Of a DNA stretch of 64,000 bases, positions 1 to 8,774 are shown piece after piece. Positions within the stretch are counted from its first letter, which is position 1. Each line of letters starts with the position of its first letter. The position numbers and the translations under genes are program-made. The notes under the pieces were generated by a model that was not told the DNA's origin, made no database searches, and worked only from the letters and a program-made list of their open reading frames with translations. The DNA is from Anaerolineae bacterium. Lineage in GTDB: Bacteria; Chloroflexota; Anaerolineae; B4-G1; SLSP01. The stretch lies in NCBI GenBank assembly GCA_034429475.1, contig DAOUGD010000159.1:1604-65603 (forward strand), given 5' to 3'.

Positions 1-169
1 TGCCCTGAGCCAGCCACACATCAAATCCCGCAAACAACCGCAACGTAGCCGCATCGGTCACGTCGCCGGCATGAAACACGATGCTGACCTGCTGTTGGCG
101 AAAGGATTCCAACGCTTGCTGGATTCTTGGATGCTCATTATGGGTGTCAGAAATGAGACCGATGCGCAT
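1..169 (-). CDS. YfcE-like metallophosphoesterase (5' part only, runs off the window)
   Basis: Manual translation from ATG at 169: MRIGLISDTHNEHPRIQQALESFRQQQVSIVFHAGDVTDAATLRLFAGFDVWLAQG. Has SDTH and HAGD metal-binding motifs; SD AGGAG upstream. Not in the ORF track. Confidence 0.8.
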   Translation of the reverse strand, partial: MRIGLISDTHNEHPRIQQALESFRQQQVSIVFHAGDVTDAATLRLFAGFDVWLAQG

Positions 170-209
170 CTGCTACTCCTGATGGATGACAAGTTGCCTT
201 TTATCGTCT

Positions 210-854
210 CTAAACATCGCGCACGTCAGTGACGCGGGCTTGAATCGCCTCCATCGCCTTGACGAGCGTTTCTTTAGGAACGCCTTTGACTTTGATCAGC
301 AGCAACCCCTTATCGCCGGGGGTGCTGTAGAAAGTGCCGAGGGTCGTAATGTCGCCGCCCAACGCGGCAATGGCGCCGGTGATCTGGCTCAACGTGCCGG
401 GCTTGTCGGCAACGGCCAACGTCAAGCGAATGCCGGCGTCGCGCGCGCCCAGGAGTTCCAGGGTGGTTTTGAAGACATCTGTCTCGGTGATAATGCCGAC
501 GAGCTTATCCTTGTCCATCACCGGCAGCCCTCCGACCCCACGATCCACCATGATGCGGGCGGCTTCTTCCAGAGGCGCATCAAGCGAAATCGTGGCGATG
601 TCCTTCGTCATGATCTCTTTCACTTGCAATTTAGAGAGCAAGTAACCGACTTCATAGACGCTCAGGCTCGTCGCGGGCGAAGGGGAAGCGTAGAGCAGGT
701 CTTTCTCCGAGATAATACCGATCAGCCGGCCTTTTTTATCCACCACCGGCAAACGGCGGACTTTGTGTTGGCGCATAAAACTCAGCGCCTCGGCTACCGG
801 CATCTCTGGCCTGATGGTGTGGGGGTTTTGCGTCATCCGATCCTTGACTAGCAT
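210..854 (-). CDS. CBS-pair + ACT domain protein (AcuB-like)
   Basis: Two CBS repeats (VRRLPVVD..GIISEKDL; VGGLPVMD..GIITETDVF) then an ACT-like tail (DKPGTLSQITGAI); SD AAGGAG. Confidence 0.85.
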   Translation of the reverse strand: MLVKDRMTQNPHTIRPEMPVAEALSFMRQHKVRRLPVVDKKGRLIGIISEKDLLYASPSPATSLSVYEVGYLLSKLQVKEIMTKDIATISLDAPLEEAARIMVDRGVGGLPVMDKDKLVGIITETDVFKTTLELLGARDAGIRLTLAVADKPGTLSQITGAIAALGGDITTLGTFYSTPGDKGLLLIKVKGVPKETLVKAMEAIQARVTDVRDV

Positions 855-904
855 AGGTGTGTCTCCTTGTTGCTGATTTTCTTCATTCTAGCATGGGAAC
901 CACC

Positions 905-933
905 TTGCAGCAAGTTATCCACAAGATTATAAT
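905..933 (+). promoter_or_regulatory. sigma70-type promoter, probably leaderless, with a DnaA box in the spacer
   Basis: TTGCAG(905-910)-17 nt-TATAAT(928-933); ATG at 940 with no SD; TTATCCACA at 915-923. Confidence 0.6.
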
Positions 934-939
934 GGCGCT

Positions 940-1308
940 ATGAAACGCGAAGAGTTTGAAATCCTGGTGGCCGAAGCGCTAGATACTTTGCCCGAATTTT
1001 TTCAGGACAAGTTGGAGAATGTGGAAGTGGTTCTGGAAGATTGGCCGGATACTGAGACGCTGCGTCGGGTGGGCGCGCATCATCCTGCCGACCTGCTGGG
1101 GTTCTATCACGGCATCCCTCAGACGCACCGCACCCATCACTACGGGCTGGTGCTGCCGGACAAGATCAGCATCTATCGGCGCCCCATCGAGATGCGCTGC
1201 GCGACGGTAGCCGCGATGCGCGCCATGGTGGCGCGCGTCGTGCGTCACGAAATCGGCCACCACTTTGGGATGAGCGAGGAACAGTTACGAAAATTGGGAG
1301 TGTATTAA
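940..1308 (+). CDS. Zincin-like minimal metallopeptidase family protein
   Basis: HEIGHHFG zincin motif, LLGFYHG and PDKISIYRRPI family-like motifs; 122 aa. Confidence 0.85.
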   Translation: MKREEFEILVAEALDTLPEFFQDKLENVEVVLEDWPDTETLRRVGAHHPADLLGFYHGIPQTHRTHHYGLVLPDKISIYRRPIEMRCATVAAMRAMVARVVRHEIGHHFGMSEEQLRKLGVY

Positions 1309-1312
1309 GTCT

Positions 1313-1376
1313 TCTCACGCAAAGGCGCAAAGACGCGACAGGGGCAACCTTAGCGACTTTGTGCCTTTGCGTGAGA
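1313..1376. repeat. Palindromic REP-like element with 8-nt periodic arms; probable bidirectional terminator
   Basis: TCTCACGCAAAGGCGCAAAGACGC...GCGACTTTGTGCCTTTGCGTGAGA between convergent genes; siblings at 3796-3847 and 63928-63983. Confidence 0.8.
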
Positions 1377-1381
1377 GTTTT

Positions 1382-3532
1382 TCAGCTTTTTTCCAGCGCC
1401 AGCGTCTCCTTGAGCGCAGGGACGTAATAATTCTCGGTGTACTCTTTCACCATCCGCCGCGTAGAGAACTGTGGGCCGATGGTGCGGATAGCTTCTTTCA
1501 TCATGGCCACCCACCCACGCGGAACGTCGTCGCGGTCACGTTGATAGTACAGCGGCACTACCTGTTCTTCCAAGATGTGATAGAGGGCGCTGGCGTCTGC
1601 CCCATCCTGCCAGTTGGTGTCCTCGTATTCCGCCCCGGCGTCAATGCTCCAGCCATTACGACCGTTGTACGCTTCAGCCCACCAGCCATCCATAATACTC
1701 AGATTGAGCACCCCGTTGAACGCGGCCTTCATCCCACTGGTGCCGCTGGCTTCGTTGGGCTTGCGCGGGGTGTTCAACCACACGTCCACTCCCTGCACCA
1801 GGTAGCGGGAGACGTGCATATCGTAATCTTCCACGAAAGCGATGCGCCCCCCGAACTCCGGGTTGCGGGCGATGTTATAGATGTATTGCAGCAGCATCTT
1901 CCCCGGATCGTCCGCCGGATGCGCTTTGCCGGCAAAGAGGAACTGCACCGGGCGGTAACGGTCGTGGATCAGCCGTTTAAGCCGTTCGATGTCGTTGAAA
2001 ATCAGGTAGGCCCGCTTATAGGTAGCAAAGCGGCGCGCAAAACCGATCACCAGCGCGTCCGGGTCCAGGAAGATGCCAGAAGCCAGCAGTTGATCCGGCG
2101 GCGTGGCCTGTTGAATACGGGCGTCGCGGGCGCGCTCGCGGATGATGGACAACATCTTGCGCTTCAGCGTCAGGTGCGCCTGCCACAATTCTTCCTCCGG
2201 CATATCCTCGATGCGCGCCCACATCAGCGGGTCATCCTGATGTTTGATCCAGTCGGGACTGATGTGCTTGCGATACAGGCGGTGCATAGCCTCCCCCGTC
2301 CACGAAGGCAGATGGACGCCATTGGTGACGTGTTGGATGGGCACCGTCTCCTCAGTGACGTTATCCCAAAGATTCACCCACATCTTACGGGAAACGGCGC
2401 CATGAATGGCGCTCACACCATTCGCGCGCCCGGAGAGCAACAAGGCCAGCTTGGTCATGTTGAAGGCGTCATTGTGGTTACCCAGACCCAAGAACTCTTC
2501 CCGGCTCATCCCTAACTGCGGCCAGAAGGGGTAGAAATACTTTTCCATCAACCCAAAATCGAAGGTGTCGTGCCCGGCCGGGACCGGCGTGTGCGTGGTA
2601 AAAACCGCGCCGGCGCGGATACGGCCCTGCGCCTCGGCAAAGCTCAAACCCTGCGCCACGTACTCACGGGCGCGTTCCAGGCACAAAAAGGCCGCGTGGC
2701 CTTCATTGATATGCCACACGCGCGGATTGTAACCCAGGGCGCGCAAGATTTTGACGCCGCCGATCCCCAGGATGATTTCCTGTTGAAGGCGCATCTCCTG
2801 ATCGCCGCCGTACAACCGCGCCGTCAGTTGGCGATCCCAGGGGGCGTTTTGCTCGACATTGGCATCCATCAAATACAGGCGCGTGCGCCCCACGTGCGTC
2901 TCCCACACCTTGAGCAGCACGTCGCGGTCGCCAATGCGCAAGGTGAACAGACATTCACCCTCCCCCTCCGCACAGCGCGCCGGGCGCAACGCGGCCTCGG
3001 CCAGATTCAGCGGCGGGTAGATGGCCTCCTGCCACCCGCTGGCGTCAAAGCGCTGGCGGAAGTACCCCTGCTCATACAAAAAGCCGATGGCGACAAAAGG
3101 CAGTCCCAGGTCGCTGGCTTCCTTGATGTGATCGCCGGACAAGACCCCCAGGCCGCCGGAGTAAATAGGCAGCGAAGTGTGCAGGCCAAATTCAGCGGAA
3201 AAATAAGCGATGGTATGCTGTTGTAGATCGGGGTGTTGTTGAACATACCAGGGCCGACCATTCTTAACATCCTTGTCCAGTTCCATCAACACCGCGTCCA
3301 AGTCACGCAAAAACAGCGGATCGCTGGTCAACCGCTGGATGTTTTCCGGCGGCGTCTCTAAAAGGATGCGAATAGGATTGTGACGGGTCGTGGCCCACAG
3401 TTGCAGATCCAGTTGCTTGAAAAGGTCGCGGGAGGCCCGGTGCCACGACCACCAGAAGTTATACGCCAACTCCTCCAGACGCGCCAGGCGCGGCGTAAGT
3501 TTGGCTTGCAGGCCAGTTTTCTCTTCGTTCAT
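1382..3532 (-). CDS. glgP: Alpha-glucan (glycogen/starch) phosphorylase
   Basis: YFSAEFG..YSGGLGVLSGD, INEGHAAF, FARRFATYKRA, EASGTSGMKAAFNG (PLP lysine). Start moved to ATG 3532, which has SD GAAGGAG. Confidence 0.95.
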   Translation of the reverse strand: MNEEKTGLQAKLTPRLARLEELAYNFWWSWHRASRDLFKQLDLQLWATTRHNPIRILLETPPENIQRLTSDPLFLRDLDAVLMELDKDVKNGRPWYVQQHPDLQQHTIAYFSAEFGLHTSLPIYSGGLGVLSGDHIKEASDLGLPFVAIGFLYEQGYFRQRFDASGWQEAIYPPLNLAEAALRPARCAEGEGECLFTLRIGDRDVLLKVWETHVGRTRLYLMDANVEQNAPWDRQLTARLYGGDQEMRLQQEIILGIGGVKILRALGYNPRVWHINEGHAAFLCLERAREYVAQGLSFAEAQGRIRAGAVFTTHTPVPAGHDTFDFGLMEKYFYPFWPQLGMSREEFLGLGNHNDAFNMTKLALLLSGRANGVSAIHGAVSRKMWVNLWDNVTEETVPIQHVTNGVHLPSWTGEAMHRLYRKHISPDWIKHQDDPLMWARIEDMPEEELWQAHLTLKRKMLSIIRERARDARIQQATPPDQLLASGIFLDPDALVIGFARRFATYKRAYLIFNDIERLKRLIHDRYRPVQFLFAGKAHPADDPGKMLLQYIYNIARNPEFGGRIAFVEDYDMHVSRYLVQGVDVWLNTPRKPNEASGTSGMKAAFNGVLNLSIMDGWWAEAYNGRNGWSIDAGAEYEDTNWQDGADASALYHILEEQVVPLYYQRDRDDVPRGWVAMMKEAIRTIGPQFSTRRMVKEYTENYYVPALKETLALEKS

Positions 3533-3579
3533 GACGATCTCCTTCAAAAATAGTCAGCAAATGACTCCCTTGAAAATAG

Positions 3580-3640
3580 CCACAGAGATCACAGAGTTCA
3601 CAGAGAAAACCCTTTGTGTCCTTCGTGTCCTTTGTGGTGA
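3580..3640. repeat. Palindromic element with 9-nt periodic arms
   Basis: CCACAGAGATCACAGAGTTCACAGAG...CTTTGTGTCCTTCGTGTCCTTTGTGG. Confidence 0.75.
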
Positions 3641-3642
3641 AA

Positions 3643-3768
3643 ATTTTCATCCAACCGCTGGTGAACCGCCGGTTAATGATGAATTCCTCTGAAAATAGTC
3701 CGATAGTCTTTAGTCTAGTAGTCTGATAGTCATTTTCATCCAACCGCTGGTGAACCGCCGGTTAATGA
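3643..3768. repeat. Two exact 37-bp direct repeats around a 52-bp ATAGTC-rich spacer
   Basis: ATTTTCATCCAACCGCTGGTGAACCGCCGGTTAATGA at 3643-3679 and 3732-3768. Confidence 0.9.
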
Positions 3769-3795
3769 GCAATCCCTTGAAAAAAGGAGGAAGCT

Positions 3796-3847
3796 TCACG
3801 CAAAGGCGCAAAGTAAAGAACTTGGCGGGCCTGGCGCTTTTGCGTGA
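3796..3847. repeat. Palindromic element, ACGCAAAG family
   Basis: TCACGCAAAGGCGCAAAG...GGCGCTTTTGCGTGA. Confidence 0.75.
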
Positions 3848-3876
3848 GATAGTTAATTTCTTCAGCCGGGAATGGC

Positions 3877-4719
3877 TTACGGTCTAATCCATAAAGCCAG
3901 CAAGAACATCAGCAGAGCCATTGTGGCAAATTCGATCACGATCTGACGGGTAAGACGCTTCAGCAGCAGTTGGTAAGTAATACCGTTGAGCAAATACAAC
4001 CCCAACGTGAGCAGCGTGGCCGCAGTCCAGGCGGAAACAGGCCAATAGCCGATGACCCAGGCGACTTCACTCTCCAACAGGGCAATGACGCCACCGTAAA
4101 GCAACACCGCGCCGGCCGGCACGCCGCTGGCGCTGAGCAGTTCCAAAGCCAGGAACCCGCTCAACAAAAAAATCGAAGGGGCGATCACCAGCGCGCGCTC
4201 CTGGCCTTCGATGGTCAGATTAAAAAGCACGAAACCGAGCAGATAATCCAAGATATTGAGCAAGGTACGCGCACTGGGATAAGCGGTAGCCTGCGGAGAA
4301 AAGGCGCGATGGCTCAAGTAGACCAGAACGCCCAACACAACGCCGCCGAGCAGCAAGGTGATCAGCCATACCGACCACGCGGCGGTGGCGCGCACCAGCA
4401 GCCGGGACAACAACAACGCCCCCAGCGTCGGCGTGATAAGCGAAAAACCCAACCAGCGCTCCTGCGCCTGACGCAAGGGATGGGTCTGCATAATCGAGAG
4501 CACGCCAGTCGCCACCAGGCCGGTCATCAAAACGGAAAGCATCCAATCCCCGCCAATAGAAAACCGGAGTGGCGACCCTAAAATTTGGGGAGTACTCCAA
4601 ATAGTGAAAGTCGGCAGTTCGACAAAGCGAAACAAAGTCGCACTGAGCAGGGTCACGGCCAGCAAGACGCTGAGCTGATCGCGTTCCGCGTGCTGTGTTT
4701 TTTGGTTAAGAGCAAACAT
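3877..4719 (-). CDS. Multi-pass membrane protein (DUF5656-like, uncharacterised)
   Basis: About 9 hydrophobic segments. Start set at ATG 4719 because a strong promoter lies 7 nt upstream. The DUF call is from recollection. Confidence 0.65.
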   Translation of the reverse strand: MFALNQKTQHAERDQLSVLLAVTLLSATLFRFVELPTFTIWSTPQILGSPLRFSIGGDWMLSVLMTGLVATGVLSIMQTHPLRQAQERWLGFSLITPTLGALLLSRLLVRATAAWSVWLITLLLGGVVLGVLVYLSHRAFSPQATAYPSARTLLNILDYLLGFVLFNLTIEGQERALVIAPSIFLLSGFLALELLSASGVPAGAVLLYGGVIALLESEVAWVIGYWPVSAWTAATLLTLGLYLLNGITYQLLLKRLTRQIVIEFATMALLMFLLALWIRP

Positions 4720-4726
4720 GCCCGTC

Positions 4727-4754
4727 ATTCTAACGGGGGGGGGCGATTTGTCAA
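4727..4754 (-). promoter_or_regulatory. sigma70-type promoter, leaderless
   Basis: Minus strand TTGACA-16 nt-TAGAAT-7 nt-ATG(4719). Confidence 0.7.
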
Positions 4755-4937
4755 CCAGAGGCCAGAAGTCAAAGCAGTTGCAAAAATGCGTGGCTAAGGT
4801 ATAGTTGCAGATAACCAAGTTTCAGTAGAGCGCAATCTTGACTGTAGTAACGACGTTAGTCGTTATAAAGCCCCCCTAAAGTGGTCACTGCGGGCGTCGT
4901 TTTTGATAACTGATTTTATTAACGAAGGTTAAACCTT

Positions 4938-5864
4938 ATGGAAACAGAGAACGTAAAACAGGGCAAACCGGCCTTCCTGGCGGGGGTGCGCTTTCAACCG
5001 GCGGGCAAGCCGTATCATTTCAATATTCCCGGCACAATGGCGGTGCGGGTTGACGACTGGGTCGTGGTGGAGACAGTCTACGGGGAGCAAGTGGGCCGGA
5101 TAGTGTGCGCGCTGAACGAAGCGCCCGAAGGCATATCGCCCAAGAAACTGAAGCCGCTGCTGCGTCTGGCAACCGGCCTGGACATGGCGCGCTATTACGT
5201 GATGCTGGAGCGCAGCAAACGCTTGTTAGAAGTTGGCAAGGAAGAGACACGTACACACGCCCCGGAACTTAAGCTGTTCGCGGCAGAATTTACGCTGGAT
5301 GGCAGCAACGCCCTCGTCTCGTGTACCGGCAACGCCAGCAAGAAACAACTGGCTAACCTGCGCCGCCGACTGGTGAGCCGGATGAACTGCCGCATCGAAC
5401 TCCACCCGGTCGGGCCGCGCGACCACGCGAAGGTGCTACAAGGGTACGGCGTCTGCGGCGAGGAACGCTGCTGCGGGCGATTCCTTACAGAATTTCAGGC
5501 CGTGTCCATCCGCATGGCGAAAGATCAGACGATCTCGATGGCCCCGACGGACATCACCGGCATGTGCGGGCGGCTGCGCTGCTGCCTCGGCTACGAACAC
5601 GAAGTCTATCTCGAAGAGGCAAAACTGCTGCCCCGCCTCAAATCGCGCGTGCGCACGGAGAAAGGCATCGGACGGGTGATCGATCTGGACATCCTCAAAG
5701 GCGATGTCGTCGTCGAAATTCCCCCCGACGGCCCTCGCGTGGAGCGACAACGTTTCCGCTTTGCCGCGAGTGAGGTACAGGTCGTGGCCCAGCCGGGCGC
5801 GCCAGCCCCCCCGGCGGCAGAGGCCGAAGACGCCGACGCAGATATAGTCCCTGAAGACGATTGA
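4938..5864 (+). CDS. PSP1/RicT (YaaT)-family Fe-S protein
   Basis: GVCGEERCC and ITGMCGRLRCCLGYE cysteine motifs of the PSP1 C-terminal domain. Confidence 0.9.
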   Translation: METENVKQGKPAFLAGVRFQPAGKPYHFNIPGTMAVRVDDWVVVETVYGEQVGRIVCALNEAPEGISPKKLKPLLRLATGLDMARYYVMLERSKRLLEVGKEETRTHAPELKLFAAEFTLDGSNALVSCTGNASKKQLANLRRRLVSRMNCRIELHPVGPRDHAKVLQGYGVCGEERCCGRFLTEFQAVSIRMAKDQTISMAPTDITGMCGRLRCCLGYEHEVYLEEAKLLPRLKSRVRTEKGIGRVIDLDILKGDVVVEIPPDGPRVERQRFRFAASEVQVVAQPGAPAPPAAEAEDADADIVPEDD

Positions 5865-5877
5865 CGCAGGCCCCCCT

Positions 5878-6639
5878 ATGGTCGCCCGAATTTGGCCCAT
5901 CGTAGTAGCCTTGCCAATTTTGCCGCGCCTTCTCTTGCTGGCCTGGGTGCTGGAACTGCTGGCGCTGCCGGCGCTCAAAAAGCGTTGGGGCGCTGAAGCG
6001 GAACGGGCGGCCATCAATCTAGGCGTGCTGCTGCAAGCCGCCACCGGCCTTGCTATGTTGGCGGCGGCGTGGGGCTTGGGGCCGACGTTGCGCGTGGCGC
6101 TCCTGGTGCTGGCGCTGGGCTGGGGCGTGGAATACCTCGGCGCGCATACCGGGCTGCCCTTTGGCCGCTATCACTACACCGCCCGCCTGCAACCGCAGCT
6201 AGGCGGCGTGCCCCTCTTGGTCCCCCTGGCGTGGCTGATGATGCTTCCTCCGGCCTGGGCCGTGGCGCGCCTGGTCGCCGGCGGCCCCGGAATTGCCTTT
6301 ATCCTCACGGCGGCGCTGGCCTTCACAGCCTGGGACCTCTTTCTCGATCCACAGATGGTGGCGTGGGGCTGCTGGGTATGGGATCAACCGGGCGGCTACT
6401 TTGGTATCCCCTGGCAAAACTACGCCGGCTGGCTGCTGTCAGCCGCCGTGATGACGGCGCTGGCGGCGCCGCTGAACGTTCCCGCGCCCTTCCCCACAGC
6501 GCCCTTGCTGCTCGTTTATACACTCACCTGGCTCTTGCAGTCCTTCGCCCAGTTCGTCTTCTGGAAATTGCGCGGACCGGCGCTTTGCGGCACGATCGGC
6601 ATGGGGCTATGGATGGCCTGGGCCTGGCTGGCAATGTAA
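5878..6639 (+). CDS. cruF: Carotenoid 1',2'-hydratase, CruF/DUF422 family
   Basis: E..G..TG.PFGRYHYT, GVPLLVPLAW, WDLFLDPQMV, GIPWQNYAGW motifs; carotenoid gene context. Confidence 0.85.
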   Translation: MVARIWPIVVALPILPRLLLLAWVLELLALPALKKRWGAEAERAAINLGVLLQAATGLAMLAAAWGLGPTLRVALLVLALGWGVEYLGAHTGLPFGRYHYTARLQPQLGGVPLLVPLAWLMMLPPAWAVARLVAGGPGIAFILTAALAFTAWDLFLDPQMVAWGCWVWDQPGGYFGIPWQNYAGWLLSAAVMTALAAPLNVPAPFPTAPLLLVYTLTWLLQSFAQFVFWKLRGPALCGTIGMGLWMAWAWLAM

Positions 6640-6649
6640 AACAAATACT

Positions 6650-7240
6650 ATGAGCATTTTCATCTGGACTCTGGGCAGTTTTCTCCTGGGCGCGTTGCCC
6701 TTCTCCTTGCTCATCGGCAAGTGGGCGCTGCGCACCGACATCCGCCGCGTGGGGGATGGCAACCCCGGCGCGACCAACGTATTGCGGGCCGGCAGTCGGG
6801 CCTGGGGACTGGCGGCGATGTTTCTGGATATGCTGAAAGGCGCGCTGCCGGTCGCCCTGGCTTACATCCTCTATGAGATACGCGGATGGGCCATCATCCC
6901 CATCGCGCTGGCGCCGGTCTGCGGGCACATCTTCTCCCCGTTCCTGCGCGGGCGCGGCGGCAAGGGCGTCGCCGCCACCGGCGGCGTCTGGATCGGCCTC
7001 ACCTACGGCGTGGCGACCGTCATCGGCGCGTTGGGGATGAGCGCGGCATACCTGGTGAGCGACAACTCCGGGTGGGCCGTGGCCCTGGGATTGAGCGGGA
7101 TGGGCGCGTACCTGGCCCTGGGCCGGCGCGATCCGGTCCTGATAACGATCTGGGCCGTCAACGCGGCGCTGGTGCTATGGCGCTACCGGGATACGCTGCG
7201 CCAACGGCCCCACCTGCGCGCGTGGATCAAAAGGAAATAA
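6650..7240 (+). CDS. PlsY-family acyltransferase, probably acting on carotenoid glycosides
   Basis: GDGNPGATNVLR, D..KG, GH.FSPFL..RGGKGVA PlsY motifs; sits between cruF and a GT2. Confidence 0.8.
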   Translation: MSIFIWTLGSFLLGALPFSLLIGKWALRTDIRRVGDGNPGATNVLRAGSRAWGLAAMFLDMLKGALPVALAYILYEIRGWAIIPIALAPVCGHIFSPFLRGRGGKGVAATGGVWIGLTYGVATVIGALGMSAAYLVSDNSGWAVALGLSGMGAYLALGRRDPVLITIWAVNAALVLWRYRDTLRQRPHLRAWIKRK

Positions 7241-7244
7241 CACG

Positions 7245-8378
7245 ATGGGACTCACGTGGCTCGCGCTTCTGACCTCCCTCATCCTGATCGGCATCGCCGC
7301 CATCGCCATCGTGAACGTGCCGCCCTTCCCCAGGCGGGACGCCGCCCCGCCCCCGCCGACATTCCCCCTGGTCTCGTTGCTCGTCCCCGCCCGCAACGAA
7401 GCCGCCGGCATCGCGGAAACCGTGCGCCGGTTGCTGGCGCAGGATTACCCGTGTTACGAACTGCTGCTGCTCGACGATCACTCCACCGACGGCACGGCGG
7501 ACGTCGCCCGCGCGGCCGCCGGGGCCGACGCGCGCCTGCGCCTCCTTCAGGGCGCTCCGCTGCCCGCCGGGTGGCAGGGCAAGAGTTGGGCCTGCCACCA
7601 GTTGGCCGAGGCCGCCCACGGCGAGCTGCTGGTCTTTACCGACGCCGATGTCGCGTGGGAACCCGGCGCGCTGGCTCGCCTGGTGAGCGAGATGCAGCGC
7701 CGAGGCAGCGACTTGCAGACCGTGTGGCCCACGCAAATCACCGTCACCTGGGGGGAGCGCCTAATTGTGCCGCTGCTGGCCTTCGTCATTGTCGGCTACC
7801 TGCCGGTGCTGGCAGTGCATCACATCCCCTGGCCCATCTTCGCCGCCGCCATCGGACAATGCCTGGCCTTTCGCCGCAGCGCCTATCACGCCATCGGCGG
7901 CCACGCAGCCGTGCGCGCCAGCATCATGGATGACATGGCCTTCGCCAAAGCCATCAAACAGCGCCGCTTGAAGCTGCGGATGGCCGACGCTGCCGGGTTG
8001 CTCCACTGTCGGATGTACCGGCGCTGGGCAGAGGTGCGCGACGGCTTCGCCAAAAATATTCTGGCCGGGCACAGCCATAGCCTCCTGCTGCTCCTGCTCT
8101 CCTGGGCCTTCCACTGGCTGGTGTTCCTCGTGCCGTGGGTGTGGCTGGGCCTGGGGTGGCTCGGCGGGCCGCCGGGCTGGCCGCTGTGGCCGCTGTGCCT
8201 CATCGGGCTGGGCGTCGGCGTCCGCGCGATCAGCGCCGCCCTCAGCCGCCAACGGCTGGCGGACGCGCTCTGGCTGCCCGTGTCCGTCATCCTGATGGCG
8301 CGCATCGCCACGCAGGCCATCGCCTGGAAAGTGCGCCACGGCGGCGTCTACTGGAAAGGCCGCCTCGTGCAAGCATAA
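7245..8378 (+). CDS. GT2 glycosyltransferase, carotenoid glucosyltransferase (CruC/CrtQ-like)
   Basis: VPARNE, DDHSTD, GWQGKSWACHQL, FTDAD, GQCLAFRRSAY..IGGH, C-terminal TMs ending WKGR. Confidence 0.85.
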   Translation: MGLTWLALLTSLILIGIAAIAIVNVPPFPRRDAAPPPPTFPLVSLLVPARNEAAGIAETVRRLLAQDYPCYELLLLDDHSTDGTADVARAAAGADARLRLLQGAPLPAGWQGKSWACHQLAEAAHGELLVFTDADVAWEPGALARLVSEMQRRGSDLQTVWPTQITVTWGERLIVPLLAFVIVGYLPVLAVHHIPWPIFAAAIGQCLAFRRSAYHAIGGHAAVRASIMDDMAFAKAIKQRRLKLRMADAAGLLHCRMYRRWAEVRDGFAKNILAGHSHSLLLLLLSWAFHWLVFLVPWVWLGLGWLGGPPGWPLWPLCLIGLGVGVRAISAALSRQRLADALWLPVSVILMARIATQAIAWKVRHGGVYWKGRLVQA

Positions 8379-8417
8379 CCCCCGGCGTGTGGTCGCACCT
8401 ACGAGATAGAAGATTTT

Positions 8418-8621
8418 ACCGCGGAGCGCGCTGAGTTCGCCGAGTTTTTCAACCTGTGCAATAGGGATAAATTTGTCAGCAGATTAAGCAGATTGAGCAG
8501 ATTTTTTCTCTTAATCCGCTAAATCTGCTCAATCTGCTGACAGAAAATAGGCCATTCAGTACTTCTATTGCACAGGTCGAAGTTTTTATCTTTTCTCGGC
8601 GCTCTTTGCGGCCTCTGCGGT
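8418..8621. repeat. Triple-nested inverted repeat (composite palindrome)
   Basis: Outer arms 8418-8444/8595-8621; middle arms ACCTGTGCAATAG 8452-8464 / CTATTGCACAGGT 8565-8577; inner AGCAGATT-type palindrome 8474-8542. Confidence 0.9.
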
Positions 8622-8774
8622 GAAAAACGGTCTGGATTTCATCAATTCCATGATAAAATAATGGGTTATGTTTCATTTTGTGAAGCGGATCGGGGGCCGC
8701 AACCACAAGGCGACGGGAGGCGACCATCGCCCGTTTAACGCAATTTTCGGACTCATTCTTATGGGGGAAACACT

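Noticed and set aside
1361-2515. Long antisense ORFs, e.g. 1361-2515, 11323-12717, 26896-27942, 28376-29971, 37047-38429, 62503-63933
   Set aside because: Shadow frames of well-supported genes in GC-rich DNA, with no recognisable motifs.
3459-3743. 94-aa minus-strand ORF
   Set aside because: Translates repeat DNA (TTKDTKDTK, LCELCDLCG), overlaps glgP and has no SD.
3643-3768. Possible mini-CRISPR (37-bp repeat x2)
   Set aside because: Only two repeats, a 52-bp low-complexity spacer made of TAGTC units, no cas genes or leader, and embedded among other REP-like repeats.
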